Source of the DNA: Tubiluchus corallicola
Lineage: Eukaryota; Animalia; Priapulida
Assembly: GCA_030141605.1 (NCBI GenBank)
Contig: JAQGDQ010000434.1
Span: 134,110 to 198,109 of the forward strand
Direction of reading: 5' to 3'
Length of the DNA: 64,000 nucleotides
Shown here piece after piece: positions 20,370 to 35,830 of the stretch (its first letter is position 1; the number at the start of each line of letters is the position of its first letter). Below the pieces are notes generated by a model. That model worked only from the letters and a program-made list of their open reading frames with translations, searched no databases and was not told the DNA's origin. The translations under genes and the position numbers were made by a program.

Positions 20370-23300
20370 ATGGTTGAAGGAGGAATGAAATGTGTCAAGT
20401 ATCTGCTTTTTGCGTTTAATTTGCTGTTTCTGGTAAGATATTATTTGTAGTCAACTTTCAAGTGGACTCGTGTAAACTATGATAATGGTTCGTGATTTCA
20501 GCTTTATTCTATAACTATAGTTACAATAATATTACGGTTATTAAATGTCTTAGTTACTTTACTTATTTGAAGCATAATATTTAAACATTTCACGCCCGCC
20601 TGTCATGCTTGTACAGTTGGCCAAATTTTGGTGTTTTAGCTCAGTTCGTCGTAAGAGGCGGCTAGGTTACCCCATGGCAATGTCATGTAGTTGTAATAAT
20701 TTGTGTGACTATGGGAAAATTGATGCAGCCACTCTTCATAGTATTCATTTACATTTTCTTGCTTTCGATCACTTTTTGTTATGTATACTGTTTTTGTATA
20801 GGTCTAATAAACAGATTTAGATCCATTTAAACTTCTGTCCACGATATGCATCTGCTCATTAATTGTGCAGGTCTATATGCTTATCAGATTAAAAAAAAAT
20901 CAAATTATGTTTTTGTAACTGGGAAGGTCATCTGAGCTTCGATATGAATTTTGCGCGTATTATAATTTGGCCAAAAATCGGTAATGGTCAATTTACAACT
21001 TGGAAGCAGCTCGACCAGTTTCGATTTTGTGAGTAAAATACTTCTAAATATGGTTAAGTTCAACTCTGCGTGCTTCAGAGGTACCTTATCGATGTCTTAA
21101 AGTACATCTGCATAATTTCGATTTATACAAGATTGTTGTGCAATGATGGAACAAGTCCACGATTTTTTTATTTTTAATCCAGCTGTAGAAAAAAGATGGT
21201 AATGTGGAAAAGTTTGAACTGAGCCTGGATTGAAACAGTTTTTCTGATCATTGTCTTAAACTGCTCAACATCATAAAATCAAGACATGTTCAGATTGAGG
21301 CCTTCCAGCATTTCTAAAAGTTACTTTTACTCGCTAGAGCAACTACTACCTAATTGACAGCTTTAAATATACGCATATTAAAACAAGAAAAATTTTAGAG
21401 TTTTGAGACACTGATCATTTAACTCAAAGATCCCTAGTTTGTATTTTTTACTTTTTGTTTTTTGACCATATTTGTACTCAAAAATCAAATAAATTGGTTT
21501 ACCTATTGGACCTTATTTTTGCATTTATTTTTTTCCACCGACTATCAGGCCACAAGTAGATTTACATTGTGGGACTTGACGCTTAAGCTTTTTTTGCTGT
21601 TCTATACACTATAAAAACTATTTAACACTATAAAAAAACTGTTGTTTTGTTCCCAATATGAGAAAAATTCAGAGTATCACTGGTCACTAAATCCACTGAC
21701 AGCTTATCAACTAGTTTCTGGCTAAATAACATCAACTTTATTTCAACATTTGATGCAGCAACTCTGTTGCTGTTGGCTTGTATGCTTACCAAGAACAAGT
21801 TATGTTGCCAAGAAAGTAAACTGGAGTTGGGAGTAATTTTAAAACAATTTTCATGGAGATGAAAAAACATAAAATATTTTAACTTTGCTATTCTTTCAAA
21901 GATTATATGTTCTACTGTAATTTCTATCGCTTGGGTGGCGGGCAACAGTTTTGTTTGTCAAGGCAGTAGTTTCTAATTTTTTCATGAAATTTTGAAGCAC
22001 AGCAAATATCGTTTCATGGTTTATTATTTGGCTTTATCACTGGCAATGTGGAATTCTCATAAAATGCAATGAAAGTAGATGCGAAAGTAAAGGCAAAAAC
22101 TGCTATTTGTATCGTGAGTTGTAAATTAGGTTGGGATAGCCATGTATTGGTTTTATGTGAATCCAGTGTGGGTTGAGTTCGTATTTTCGTTGTGTTGTTC
22201 TTTATATATGCGTGGAAACACCTAATTAGGAATGAACTTGTCAATGCAACTGCTAAATTGGGTTGCCTGGTTAAAAAAAATGTGATGCAGATTTACCTGA
22301 CACTACAATGGAGAACAGGAAAATGTGTGAGGGTAGAATCCCTCCAATAATTTTGCTTCACATTACTTCAAATGCTGCAAAGCTACCAGACACTTTCCAA
22401 ATCATTCAATGTTATAGTTGTAGTTTTTTGTATGCTTTAGTACTATTTTACTTTTACGTGGTTAAATTTAACCAGTATGCATTTCATTTAGGTTTTGCTT
22501 CGATCATTTAAATTTACAGTGTGTCTTTAGTGTGACTTTGTAATTTATGCTACTGATAGACTGATAGTGTGGTTTTATAAATTACCAAATTAAACTTGAA
22601 AATACAGACTCATACAATAGTTTTTTCACTTTTTCACACAGCAATTGTAAACCATTTTGAAATCTATACCTTTACACATTAAAACACACAAAAGAGGATT
22701 GAGATAAGCTGAAAATATTTCAAAAGCTATAATTAATAAATAAAATTGTAGTTTTATTTAGTTTTATAATTCAGTTATTTAAATTATAATTAAAACTTAT
22801 AAAAAAAATTTCATCAAGTGTGGTCAGAAGACCAAATATTTATAGCAGGCTTAAGACTGGCATTTCTTATCAAATGACTGAGTTTTTCCGTGGCAGCTCA
22901 GTGCTGGAGTCCCCTCCCCCGGCACCTAATTAAACATGACAACAGTGATATCAACTGCTGCTAGGGCTGGCTAGCCATGAACTAATGTTGCTTTTGTTAT
23001 TCATTAATTTTCAATTAACAAATTCAATCCTCAAAAAATCTGTGTAAAACCCATAATGGGCTGTTCATTAACTTGTGTTCCACGTCTAACAATTACGCTT
23101 TACAGGCCCTTTTTTTAACATTGCTTGGCCAACTGTTTTGAACTGTGTGCCCTGCAATGTAGCAGTTAATCATGGTTGAATGGTGCTAATCTGAAGAGCC
23201 TCTGTTTAGTCCCAGTGTATAGGTATTATTGTATTTGACAAGGTAATTACAGATGTACAGTTCATAAGTTGTTATTATTAAAAGCAAAATTTTACTGTTA

Positions 23301-26300
23301 GATTTTTAACCACCAAGTTTCAAGAAATCACAGAGTTATTGAATTAAATTATGTTACTATGCTTGTGTAGTGAACTTTGTAGTAACTGTACTGCCCAAGC
23401 AGCAATTAATTTGTACACAGATAGTTATAGTTGTAGTTAGTTTATAGTCCTTTTTTCAGCTTGGTAGGAGATGGCATTTTCTCCATCAGTGTTAACATTG
23501 TTTTAATAATCTGGTAAAAATGATAAAAATTGGTAGTATTTTTGTGGACTGTAAGTCCCGTTGAGTGTAAAACTTAGTTATTAAATAGTTGTTAGCAGTT
23601 GGCCATGTTCTTCTATTTACCGTGTCATGCTTCCTAATCATCTAGCACTGACCACTAGCTCTCAGAATTTGGCAAACCTCCTGTCTAGGCAGGAAACAGT
23701 GAATATATGCACGTTATTTCAATGTACATACAGGATTGGTCTTTCCTGTGAATTACTGGCATATTACGAAAGGGAAGAATGGAAATATCCTGTGTGTAAT
23801 ATTTATGGCTTATACTTATAAAGATGGAGCTGCTTGTTAAGGAGAGGTGAGAGGAAAGGAAGGGTGTGGCACTGTGTCTAATATTTGAAACCCAATAAAA
23901 TAAATTTCATTTAATGTTGCTAGAATTGTTCTTTGACATTAAACTAAATAATTTATTTTCTTTTGGAGATGTAATTTAACTTCTGAAGCCTACATCTGAA
24001 ATTTTATTCAAATTAAATTGTGAATTTCATATTTGAAATAAATTGTGAATGTCAACTGTTGTAACTTTCATACTAGTTTGACTGTCAGGCTTAGAAAATC
24101 CAAATAATTTGTCTAAATCAATGTTCTGTAATAGGTTTGCTGATAACAGTCATTTGTGTTGGAATACAAAAGCTGGAAGCAGAATATTGCACAAGATGAT
24201 TACTTATTTAAAGAAAAAATAAATAAGCTGGCTAAAAATACCTAGTATGGATTATTGGGTGTAATTCCAACTACATGTACAACTTAAAAACAAATGAAAC
24301 TGTGGAAAATAAAGCCGCATAGGAGCAATGGGAGCATTTTGCTATTTGGCTTTTGCTGAGGCCATTTATCATCAGCAATAAAGCTATACGTGGAATTCTC
24401 ATTTTTGCAGCCACAAAAATCCACATGACTCTGGTGTTCTAAATCCTGAGCCTAAGTGTTGTCAATAATGGCTAGTTAGTATTAATGAAAGTTAGTTACT
24501 TACATAATGATGGTAGCAATAACACACTACTATAAGATATTATGTTATGATTATTAAGGATTAAGTGATAGTTTTTGCACCAGTTAGCGACTTTGAGTTC
24601 AAGTCTGTTTAGAAAGTTAGTGCACTGCTATTACTGTATTACTTTTTGGCACTGTGATTGCTTTAGCAATGCTACAGTATACATTATATTTGAGAGCTCA
24701 CAGCTCGCAGACATTCAAAGCCAATCATATGCAGGTTTTTTGCCTAGTCAGCTGAATAATTACCATGTATATGTTACAGTCAAATTTAATTTTAGACGAA
24801 AATTTAGACAAGGTATAAAATTCTACTAAAGCATTTCATATAACATCTATAAATTTTGGAAGAAGTGTTAAATTTTAGTGTTTTTTTAGCGGCATTTTTG
24901 GAGTTTACCTAGACATTTTATGCAATAGCTGTGACCTATATAGAATGCGAAAAGTGACTTTGGCAAGGTATAAAATAGTGGAACAATAAATTCATACACC
25001 ATAGGCAATAATGAGGAGGCTGCTTTTTCACACCGAGATGTTAAAGTCATTTACATGATTAACTAATTGCTAGTAGCTTTTGCTAAAACGTTGTTTCATT
25101 ATTAACACAGAGATATTAGGTGTTTCTGTATCCATCCTGCGTGAAACACAACTAGAAGGGAAACACTAACGTCCTTGGATCTGTCGTTTTTCTTATCTCA
25201 ATTAGTTGTTTTTATAAGAACAGAAATGAAGCATTTACTGTTGTCGTGGAAGCCGTGAAATTTAGAATATGCATATACGGAGCAGTTTCAACCATGTAAC
25301 AATGCATGGGTACATTTAAAGGCATGATGTCAGGTAACTAGCACATTTGAGGGCTGCATTAGAAGTGTGAAAAAGCAGGTTCCGTTGTAATCTGTGCAGT
25401 GGTCCATATCTTCTTCCTGCAGAATTTCAGCCTTCTACCATGAAAACTGTGTCCACAACACAAATGTGACAACAACACCAACAACAATCAGAGTAAGCTT
25501 TAATGATATCATACCTCAGCCAAAAACACAACACTTCTCTATCAGCTGTAAATGAAACAGCTGTGCAACCTGAACTTTGCTGGAAATGATACAGTAGTTA
25601 CCTATTTTAACAAACAAATTTCAAGTACATAAAACATGACATTCCCTATAATAAAATTTGTATTATATAAAGAAAATTTCCTCAGAACAATTGGTCTTTT
25701 ATTTTAGTTCCACATTACCAAAAATTTATTCAACATTTTATAAAATGCGTAGGAACAGTATATACGAAACAAAAGAATTACACGCTTTGCCTAATAAAAC
25801 TTGCATTATATATAATATCTTGTAAAAGTGTAGAAGAAATTATTTTAGACACCTAACCTGGCTTGTTTTGGCACTTCATAAAATGTCTAGGCATTCTATT
25901 GAATGCCCTCTTTCACACTTTGCCGGTAACGTATACATATTAAAAACTTTTATAGTTGTAAAGTACGTGTTTGTACTTTTTTAGATTTTTGGAATGAAAT
26001 TATATAATTTTCAGCTGTCAGGGGTGATAATGTACGAAATCAGCTCAGTACATTAAAAATTTTCAAGGCAGGAAAAATACCTAATTTGCGTGCTGAGTAA
26101 CTGAATTTAAGCAGTTCCTAGCCTGGTCTATAAAAAGGATGATCACTGGTAGACATTTATGCATCACAACATGGTCAAGATGTCTCTGTTGGTTTGATGT
26201 CTCATCTTAGAGAATTATTTTTAATAATAATATGTTTAATAATATTAACTTCCATTGTCATCTTGCTTGAGACTGGTATGATCATTGTTCCAGTTCCACC

Positions 26301-29300
26301 ACAAACTAATTGATCCTGATGTCTGAAAAATAAAAAAAATCTTTTTAAAATTTGCTGTGATAATTTTCTTTTGCTTTTAGTTAACTGGTATCGCATTAGC
26401 TGTAATTGGTGGGCTAGTTTATAAGGAATATGCAAAGTACTCAGCTGCGGCGTCATCAGATTTTAATGTGGTGGCCTATATATTCATAGCAGTGGGCTGT
26501 ATAGTGGTTGTCATTTCCTTCTTTGCCTGCTGTGGGGCACTGAAAGAAAATAATTGCATGGTGATGACGGTAAGTTTTCTTAAGTTTGATTTTCAGCAAA
26601 TTTTTGGCAACAAACTAACTTCAACTGTATTCACATTTAACTTTGCAGCCTTTTTACTGAGTAGTACAAATTGCAAGTTATTTGAAGTTGTAGTTTATTT
26701 TTAGTAAATTGCTTGAGGGCATTATTTAGAGCAATTTGATTTTTCAAACTTCTGTTTTTAATGTTAATTTTTGCCAATTTGAAAAGTGGACTGCTAGTGT
26801 ACTTGACCACTATAAGAGAATTGCTTAATCAGTGTCTTCAATTTGAATCAGGAGGGATATCTTGTAATCTTATGTGATCTATACTGCAAGGGATAAAAAG
26901 TATCATGCAGTTTTGAGTTAATGTTAATATTGCCTATGTTACTCTAATTTACAAACTTCTTGTAGCTTTAATTTCTCACTTAAAAACAAGTTAATAATCT
27001 GCCTCTAATATGAGTGCATTTTTTTTCAGTTTGCTGTGTTGTTGGCCATCATATTTTTGTTGGAGCTGGGTTGTGGCATTGCTGCTTATGTGCTTCAGGA
27101 TGATGTAAGTAAAACAACTGTAAACGTGTAGCTTAAATTTCAAGTTTAAGGCTTCGTGGCACATGATTGCAAATGGCAATTAACATTTCATTGTCATCTA
27201 ACTTGAGACTTGTATGATCATTGGTAATTGTTCCATTATAAAACCACTGTTGTTGTTATTATAAGTGAATGAATGAATTCAGTGGAGATATTTATGAACA
27301 CCTCTGCACAAATGAGGTTTTCTGTTGGTTTTTAATTACTTAGTCTGCAAGGTCTATGAAGATGTTGTTAAAAGATAAGGGAGAGCATATATACAGTATA
27401 TTTTAAATTTATGTTTCCTTATGAGCCTCTGAATTAAATGAGTCTATAATAACACTGCTTATACATCTAGTGCTTTTACATCACCTTAGAACTAATTCTT
27501 TGATAGCTTTTGCATCAAAGATGTTCAAAACAACTGCAACATTTGTCCATTAATTCAACTGAATGTGAAATATAATTGGCAAACAATTTGTTTTCAGAAA
27601 AATAGCTCAGCTGAAATGCCCCTCACTGAATTTAGGGAAAACATTAATTGACACTATTAAAATCAATTGCATATTTTATGAACTATTTTGTAATCTCTTG
27701 ACTAGTGCCAACTAGTTGATCTATTGTCAATACTGTAAGTCATCATTAACGATGATATTCCCCTAAATAAATTTTAGTTCTTTGGCTTGAGAGGCTTACC
27801 TTGTACATGGCTAAAAATTTATGGAAGGAGTTTACAATTCCCCACACAATTTAAATACCCTAACCCTAATCCGCTTCACGAACAAATTTCTTGTGTGTGG
27901 GAAATTGTAAACTTTAGCCAAAATTGTTTCTGGGGTACTGTATTAAAGAATCACCATTTTTGCTGCCTTGTCTTAAGTTCATGTAAAGGACATTAAATTC
28001 TGCAATTGTGTTATATACTACTGACACTCTTTTGTCTACAAATTAGATTATGGAGTCAGCTTCCATCTGATTTTTTTGTCAACATTTTAGCCACAGTCAT
28101 TTTAGCAATATTTGTGTTACATTAGTCATGGCATATTGATGGTTGGTCTTTTTGTGGGGGTATTCGTTTGGCAAGAACTTTGTCACTATGTTTTTTCACC
28201 ATTTTGGCCGAACTTTAATTTGCGGCAAATGTTGTATAATGTGACATCTCATTTCTTAATTTCTGTCCGCTATTATTATTGGATGATGTAAAATGATAGA
28301 ATAATGCAATCATTATTATACTAATGAAAGAACATTACTGCTATTAGTTTTGCTACTGCTGCTACTGCTTATTAAGAGAACATCACCTGTTGCTGCCACT
28401 GCCGCTACTGCTAATTTTTGAAAACAAGAGAACAACATTGCTTGTGAAAATGAGTTCTCCTATGTGTTCTGCTATCAAATTTATTATAAATGATGGCTTA
28501 ATTCTCCTCCAGCAACAAAATTTCAAAAAAATATTATGCCAGTTGTAGTGAATAATAATTAAAGACCATGGAATAAACATGACAAAACAACTCCTTGTTT
28601 TATAACTAGGATTTGTCTGGAATGAGCTAAACTCTAACATACCTTCACATCTTCACGAACGCCTTCACACCTGTTCTCATATGTTTGTTATAACTTTTAC
28701 GTTTTTTCTTTTTCGGCTGTGTATTTGATCTTGCGGTTTTCACATACAGGATGGTTTGTCAGGTCGTCACGTTCTGTTTGCATTATGCATGTACCAAAAA
28801 AATAAATTTGTCATCATGTAAAATTTCTCATGTCTCTCCCTTTGATTAACCTTGTTAATTTTTTATTTGTGATGCCGCATTTCTAAGAATAACTTTAATG
28901 TTTTTTTTGCTCGGCATATTATATCGTCTGACTGATTTGATTATTAATGTATAATGATAGCTGGATTCCTATTTTATGTCCATTCTGTGGCCTCTGGCTT
29001 ACTCCGAGACCATATCATGTGTAAACTGCTTAAGGTTAGAAACATAACTGGTGCCACAGTCACAAAAGCATGTTACAGTGGCTGCATATTATAACTGAAT
29101 ATGAATAACGAGTGATATTATTATAATTTATCACAGGTCGTTGAGGTGTTAGAAAAAAGCCTGAATAACACAGTTGTTGAGTACAAAATGGATTCTAATG
29201 ACCCTATAACACGATCGATGGACAGCATTCAGCAAGGAGTTAGTATTTTTTTATGTAAATTCGTTGAGGGCTTTAATAAATTTTTAGCAAACCATTTAAT

Positions 29301-32300
29301 TTCATTTTTATTAGTCTTACTCAGTCACATTTTTCACTTTAGAAACCACTGTAGTCATGAATTACATGGTTGTTATTCTTTTACAGTTTTTAATTTAAAT
29401 TTTCAAATAAAGTTAGCTTAATGTATCAAAAACTATGTTAGAATATTTTTAAAACATGTCTGATCAATAAACTCCATAGTTTATGTTACTAATATGTGAT
29501 GCTTTAGCATAAAATGCATGTGTTGCGTATGTTGCTCAAAGAATTCCTCAAACTGAGAAGTTGTTTATATTAGTAATGAAGGAGCTGAGTAAAATTTTCT
29601 GCTGAAGTTATAATTTTTTCGTGTTTTACACATTTAGAATGGATGAAATTGGTAAATTGCAAAAGTTACAGTTTTTCTTTTTTTCCCACAGTTCGATTGC
29701 TGCGGTGCAATGAATTACACAGACTGGAAGTATAATGCGGAATATGTAAAAAACAGTAGTGTTCCAGATTCCTGCTGTGAGGATTATAAGGATAACTGTG
29801 GTGTGGGTCAACTTAAACCTAATCCTGAAGGCATTCATGTACAGGTAAATACTGGTAGCTGTAGTGGTAAACCACGTTAACTTGAAAAAGAATTACATTG
29901 TAATCAGTTTACATAGTCATAGCTAGTGTACTGCTTTGCTGCAATGTTACAGCAAGTATGGAAGTGGAATGAATTGGAAGTGAACGTCAGACATAGACAT
30001 AGACCTAGACCTAGACATAGACATAGACATTTTATTTATCTCCTCATTTACACTAGAATGCAAATAGACTATTATTGCTATAGTTATTAATTAAACAGGA
30101 TAAATTATGCATAAAAGAAAGAATTAGGGGGGTGCAAGAGAAAGGGTAGCAAAAGACCAATTGGTCATCAAGTCGCCTACTAATCAGACTTAAATTTAGT
30201 GTAAAACTAAATTCAGATCGAAATCTAGGATTTGGCTCCGATTCTGATTCGTTGAGACACAGACGTGTGTTTCAGTTATTATTACGCCTGCATCAATAAC
30301 AACTAAAAATGTGAGATACTAAAAATGGACGCTTCAACTCTCATTGCAATTTAAATATTTAAAGGTATTATTCTTACCTTTTTTGCACTGGTTAGCAGCC
30401 ATCTGAATTTACTTAAATGGTGATTTAAACTAGCTTTACGCTGTCATTGTAGGGGCAGCCGTGTTTCAAGATTTATATTTTTGAAAGTTTGTGAATGCTG
30501 GATGAATTTTTTATTAAATATCAATAGTATTTTTTGCTTTTTTATAGTGACAGAGTTTTTTCCAAAATTTAGTAAGTGTCATTAAATTTGTATGCCAATA
30601 AAATTTGAAAACTACAGCTTTTGCAGTAATAAAGTTATATATTATGCGTAAATTAGAAGTATGGATCCATGTCTGTGAGGGCAATGACTAGGAACTGCAA
30701 ACTGTATCCGAGCGCTGGAAAATCTTCCCAAGCTGACGGACATAGTCTGCAGGATACTTCTGGCAGAAGGACGCAAACTTGTACATAAACTTTTTTTCAA
30801 AATTTAAATGGAAGAAAATTTTAGGAATTTTCTCTCTTTATTAGTAAAAACGACAAAACTGCTCCACATTTTAATACTCTTCAAAGTTACAACACAATTA
30901 TTACTTGAGGTAATTGTTTTTTGCGCACTGCATGCACTGCAATTGTTGTCATATTCAGCGGCAGAACATCCAGTCATCCATGTGTAATGGTATGTGTATA
31001 ATAAATACAGTAGCTGTTGTTGTGGCCATCTCATTCTATAAATAGGCCTGCTGGTATGAAGATAAGATATGTAAATTTTTGCAGTAGCACAGCTAGTCTT
31101 CCAAGTCTTACCAATCTGCAGTACTAAAATATCACTATGTAATAATTTAAACTTAAGTGTTATCTTGCTTGATTTGTATTGGTTACCAATTATACTATTA
31201 TGGTTGCTGTAGTAACTGGCCTTGCCACCTAATCACACTTAGTACAAGTTGTGTGCTTAAAAGTGAAAAAAATTTGCGGTTTAACTACTTTATGATACTC
31301 CATGGGTAAAGCTAAAGCACAATTCATTTTTTGCGGGTGTTGTAACGCAACTTAGATCCATCTCATTGTTGCTACTGACAATCACTGCATTTAGCCGATT
31401 AGGCCTATTAGAGAAATGTAGAGACATACAAGAGCATTCAAAATTTCGAAGCAGGATTTAGCTTCATAACAACAATAATAAATGGAATGTAGCAATCAAG
31501 TATGTGTATTGCAGAAATCAAGAAAATGCTGTTTTTACAGCTATCAAAATTTTTAAGACATACAAAAGTTGAAATAAATAAATTAAAGTTGCTGAGGCTT
31601 TTACAATAGAGGAGTGTTAGTTTACATCAATTACAAAATTGCTTTCCTGAGTTCTCAAATACTTTACCTGGGAAAATGTAAGAAACTCTGATCTTGTTAA
31701 CAAATAGCACAAATTACTTACCTGTTTGGGTGAAATAATACATGTAATAAATAAATAATATAATTTAAAAAGTTAAATCATTTTGTATGAATACTAACTT
31801 TAATACAGTTGCGACTTCTGGTCCAGTTTTAGTTAGTGTCTGATTGATATCATCTATAGGCCTACAGCAGTTTCGCCTGGATTTCGTGTAGCGGTATTTG
31901 GTTCAGTCCCGTTTGTTTAAAAAAAATTGGAAAAATTTAGATTTGGTTCGGAAATCATTTTGCTCAATCCTTAAGAATCCTAATCCAGACCCACATTTTC
32001 AAAACTTTCTAAATTTTCAAAAATTATAAAAACTATTTTGTGTATGTCAATTAAAAAATGGTGTGACTTTGCCATATGGTATTCTCAAAATAATATGTAA
32101 AAAAATTTTGCAAAATGACTCGAAATACGCAAAATTTTGCAACAAACAATTTGGTGTTGTAACTGTGAGAGTTCTTTTTAGTCATTGAATCCATCATAGT
32201 TCTATAGCACAGATACATTTTCTATGATTATGCACAATTCTGGGTGGTATTACATTTGAAAAGACATCTGGGCCATGGTCATCTCTGGAAAAAGGTTACG

Positions 32301-33636
32301 GGTTTAGTCTGATCTCAGTCATATCTGGATATAATTAACTAAATCTATGGTGTTATATCCTCAAGTTGCAGATTTAAAAGCTAAAATGAATTAAATCGGT
32401 TTCCTTCTACTAGTGTGTCTGGAATGCACTGCCATTTTGTTTCCAGGTAATGGGTCTCGGCATTTCGTTTAAGAAAAATTGTTCCTTATTTGAAACATAG
32501 TATGTATGTTCACATTAAACAGAGATTTGAAGCTTGACCTCATAAATAGTAATGCTACAATTTATACTTATTTTCTGGTGCAGGGTTGCGTTCAAGGAAT
32601 GGAGCAGTTCTTCTATGACAACTTGATTTTAATAGGTGGTGTTGGAATAGGACTGGCATTCGTACAGGTAAAATTTATTTTTTTCTGGTCTAATTAAATA
32701 ATTGCTTAATCAGCCATTTAAAGATTTTATCAGATCATAGATGGCAATGGCTCCCTTTTGCAAACACATTACTGGATTATCCTATTACTGCACATAGTGT
32801 AATAATGTTAGGCTCTCAACTTGCCTAATATAATGTTTCTCCCATGTTTGCTGCAACCAATTCATCTCTGAAAATGTGACGCCTAATTTTCTTTTGATTA
32901 TGGCATTTTTGCCTCAATCTTTAACAAAAGTGACTTGAGTCTTAATGATAGAGACAAATGTTAAACAAAAATCTTTACTATTTAAATATCGCAGATACAA
33001 CAAGGTTTGAGCAAATACTTTGGTTGTTATGCAGATTGCGATGGCCGTCCCAGCTCTTTTATGAGACATTCTCTGGAACTTTAGATATATGCTGTTTAGC
33101 ATTTCTAAACTGCAGTATTTCATTCGTATTACCCCTAAATAGTGTGATTTGCTGCTCTTAATTTTTGTAGGTCCCATACGTGATACATGTATTGTATTCA
33201 CTTGGACAACGAATTGTACTACCATTAACACTAATATGAATGAAACATTGCACTGAGGTGTTATTAAACGTTGTACAGTGCTTATAGGTTCAATGAAACT
33301 GATTACTAATGTATGGGATGATTTAATAGACACGCATCAGCCATTTTTCTGAGTCTGAGAAACTATTTTTATCATCATTGCCAGTGTTGCTATGTGGGGC
33401 AGTTTCAACGTACACAATACACACTAATTGATCAGACTGCAAACTTAGGTGTCCTCTAAAAGTCTTGTATGAAGATTAAAGTAATGTGAAATTATTCCTT
33501 TTATGAAAAGTCAAAATGCATCTTTCTGTCACTACATTAAAAAGATTACAATAATTTGTGTTTTTTTTAGATTGCTGGTATTGTATTGGCATGCTGCTTG
33601 GCAAAGTCCATTCGTAAAGAATATGAAGTCGTCTGA
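20370..33636 (+). CDS. CD63: Tetraspanin, CD63-like, 243 aa, 7 exons
   Basis: Exons 20370-20432, 26381-26569, 27030-27104, 29137-29238, 29692-29844, 32584-32667, 33571-33636, all introns phase 0. MVEGGMKCVKYLLF N-terminus, FFACCGALKENNCM, EC2 CCG..DW..VPDSCC..GC, four TM helices, C-terminal SIRKEYEVV*. Confidence 0.95.
28420..28810 (+). mobile_element. Degenerate L2/CR1-like LINE 3' fragment in CD63 intron
   Basis: Remnant translation NSLFY..WNELNSNI resembles the conserved WNxLP end of L2/CR1 ORF2, followed by a T-rich 3' UTR and AATAAA. Confidence 0.35.
29988..30030. repeat. Hexanucleotide microsatellite (AGACAT/AGACCT)n
   Basis: About 7 tandem copies followed by TTTATT; may be the tail of an antisense LINE relic. 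Confidence 0.8.
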
Positions 33637-35279
33637 TGTTTGAAACAAAAAAAATCACAGGGTTCACAATTTCCGACGTCACAAAAAAGTGCCTACAAGT
33701 TTGTGCAAAAGCTTCTATTTAAATGTATTTAATAAATAATAATATCATGTTTTTTATAATACCAAAGTAAGTCTAATAATGCATTAAGGAAAATTTTATT
33801 TACGGTGCAGACACTAAGTTGATGAGATCATTATTTACACTCTGATTAATCATGTTCTAATAACAAAAGTGAGGCGTTATTAAGCGTAATTATATAAACT
33901 AAGCTGTAAGGATATATTACTATGTAATAAGTGTGTATTTAAAAGTGTTTATGTGAATCAATTTACATTGAGTCTGTATGGCCTCATCAAAATTTTGATC
34001 AGTATAACTATGGCTTATTGCCTACAGATAAACCTAATTAATAACAAATCATTTCAGGTAATTTTGTTTTTTTACTGTGAACAGAAATTTTTAATTTTGT
34101 ACAAGTATTAATTGGAACTTGATCGAGCAACATTGTAGATTTCATAAATATATTTTAATGTGTGGTCACTATGTAGTAATCATGGTCCTGAAAATTTGTA
34201 ATAAATTCATAATTTTAGACAAGTGTTGTCAAAGCTGTTGTCTGACTGTACAATTGAAATGACGTTATCATGGCTTGTGGCCATTCACAGAATTAAATGA
34301 ATATTTGGCTGGTTGGTACAGGTTGAAAGTATCGTTAGACAAGTTGCACCTTCTTTGTAATCCTTTATGAAAGGCATCATTGTTGTGAAATATAACAGTA
34401 TGAGATTTGTAATCATACTTTTCAAAAACATCTTTGTGAAAAGTGAAAGCAGATTTATGGTTAAAGAATCTACTTATACCAAACACTCAGGTACACGATT
34501 TGCAAATTACAATTTCATTTACAATGGCTTACCAGTGTTTGGTATTTTTTTCAAGTATTTGCAATTACATGACAGCTACTCATGTCTACTGCACAAAACA
34601 TGTATAACTACGCAGAGTAACGTTAGTTAAACTTTTGTAATGTGGGACGTTGTGATGAGACTGGTATTACAACGGCAAACCCGTAAAGCAAGACTCTTAA
34701 CATTCCCTTTACAATTTTGTGTTTTAAAAATTCGTTTATTGAGCACAAAGGCAGGTTTTACCACCAGAAGTCAACATCATTATATTTGGAGTCACATGGA
34801 GTATTCAAATCTAGATGGTATACAATACTTTATTATGAGGTCCCCTGATTGGTCAATCAGTCATCCATCTCAATTCGAGTTGAAGTTAGTGATATGGAAA
34901 GCACTAGCTTTTTAATGCTTAGCATGGGGTAACTTTGGCGTAAGATAACGGTCAGGTCAAAGGTACCACAGCACATCCAGAGCAACACCAAACGAGTATA
35001 AAACATAATAGCTGCATACTTATGGTAGGTGTAAAGGGAGGATTTGAATCAGCTCGATGCTAAGCAAACTAGGGGGGAGAAAGAGAAAAGGAGTATCTAG
35101 GATTCAAGCAGTTGCAACTATAGTGTCATAGAGACAGATTTTCTCCAGCAAAATGTTGGGTTTAGATGCTAGTTAGCTGCATGGACTTTTTAGCACTTAA
35201 TTTCCAAATATTCCATAAAGAAACAGCACACGTGCACACAGCGCAGAAAATATGCACTGAAGTTTACACTATTGTAGTC

Positions 35280-35830
35280 TTAAAAACAAGTTCTACATAG
35301 TTGAAATTTCACAACATGATATAACAATATATTAGCTTTCGGTTGTGAAAACTACAAGTTTAATAAATCATAGTTTTAGTACTTTTAAAGTAGTAAAGTT
35401 ACAGCCAAAAAGCTTTTAAATGTTTAAAAATTGCCGGAACATTATGTCAGCTAATCATCAATTGAAAAACAGCCATTAACATATAAAACACACAATACAG
35501 GGCAGCAATTGAGAAATCAAGCAGCTTACAACCTGGTCTTCACCACAGAAAAATATAACACTGATAAAGATTTATTGCCAAAAAAAACGAGACAATCCTC
35601 TGGGCTGCCTACGGTATCAGGAATTCCCTTACAGACAAAGTGTACGACGGCCGCACAGAACCGTTTGATGCTGAGGAACTAAAGCCGAAAATTTTAAAAA
35701 ATGAGAAACTGGATATTGGTTATTGCCCTTCGCCTAGTTTGCATTAAAAATGGTGGACACATATAGCGCACTTAATTATTGTAATTTTAACAATGGTAAA
35801 AGATTTTTCCGGAGCTTATTTTTTGGCTTG
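35280..35830 (+). mobile_element. Degenerate Tc1/mariner-superfamily transposase 3' fragment
   Basis: Frameshifted remnants ..RDNPLG..YGIRNSLTDKVYDGRTEPFDAEELKPKI..KNGGHI resemble the SPDLNPLDYxIW..L..KVY..EELK..NGGHIE C-terminus. Confidence 0.55.
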
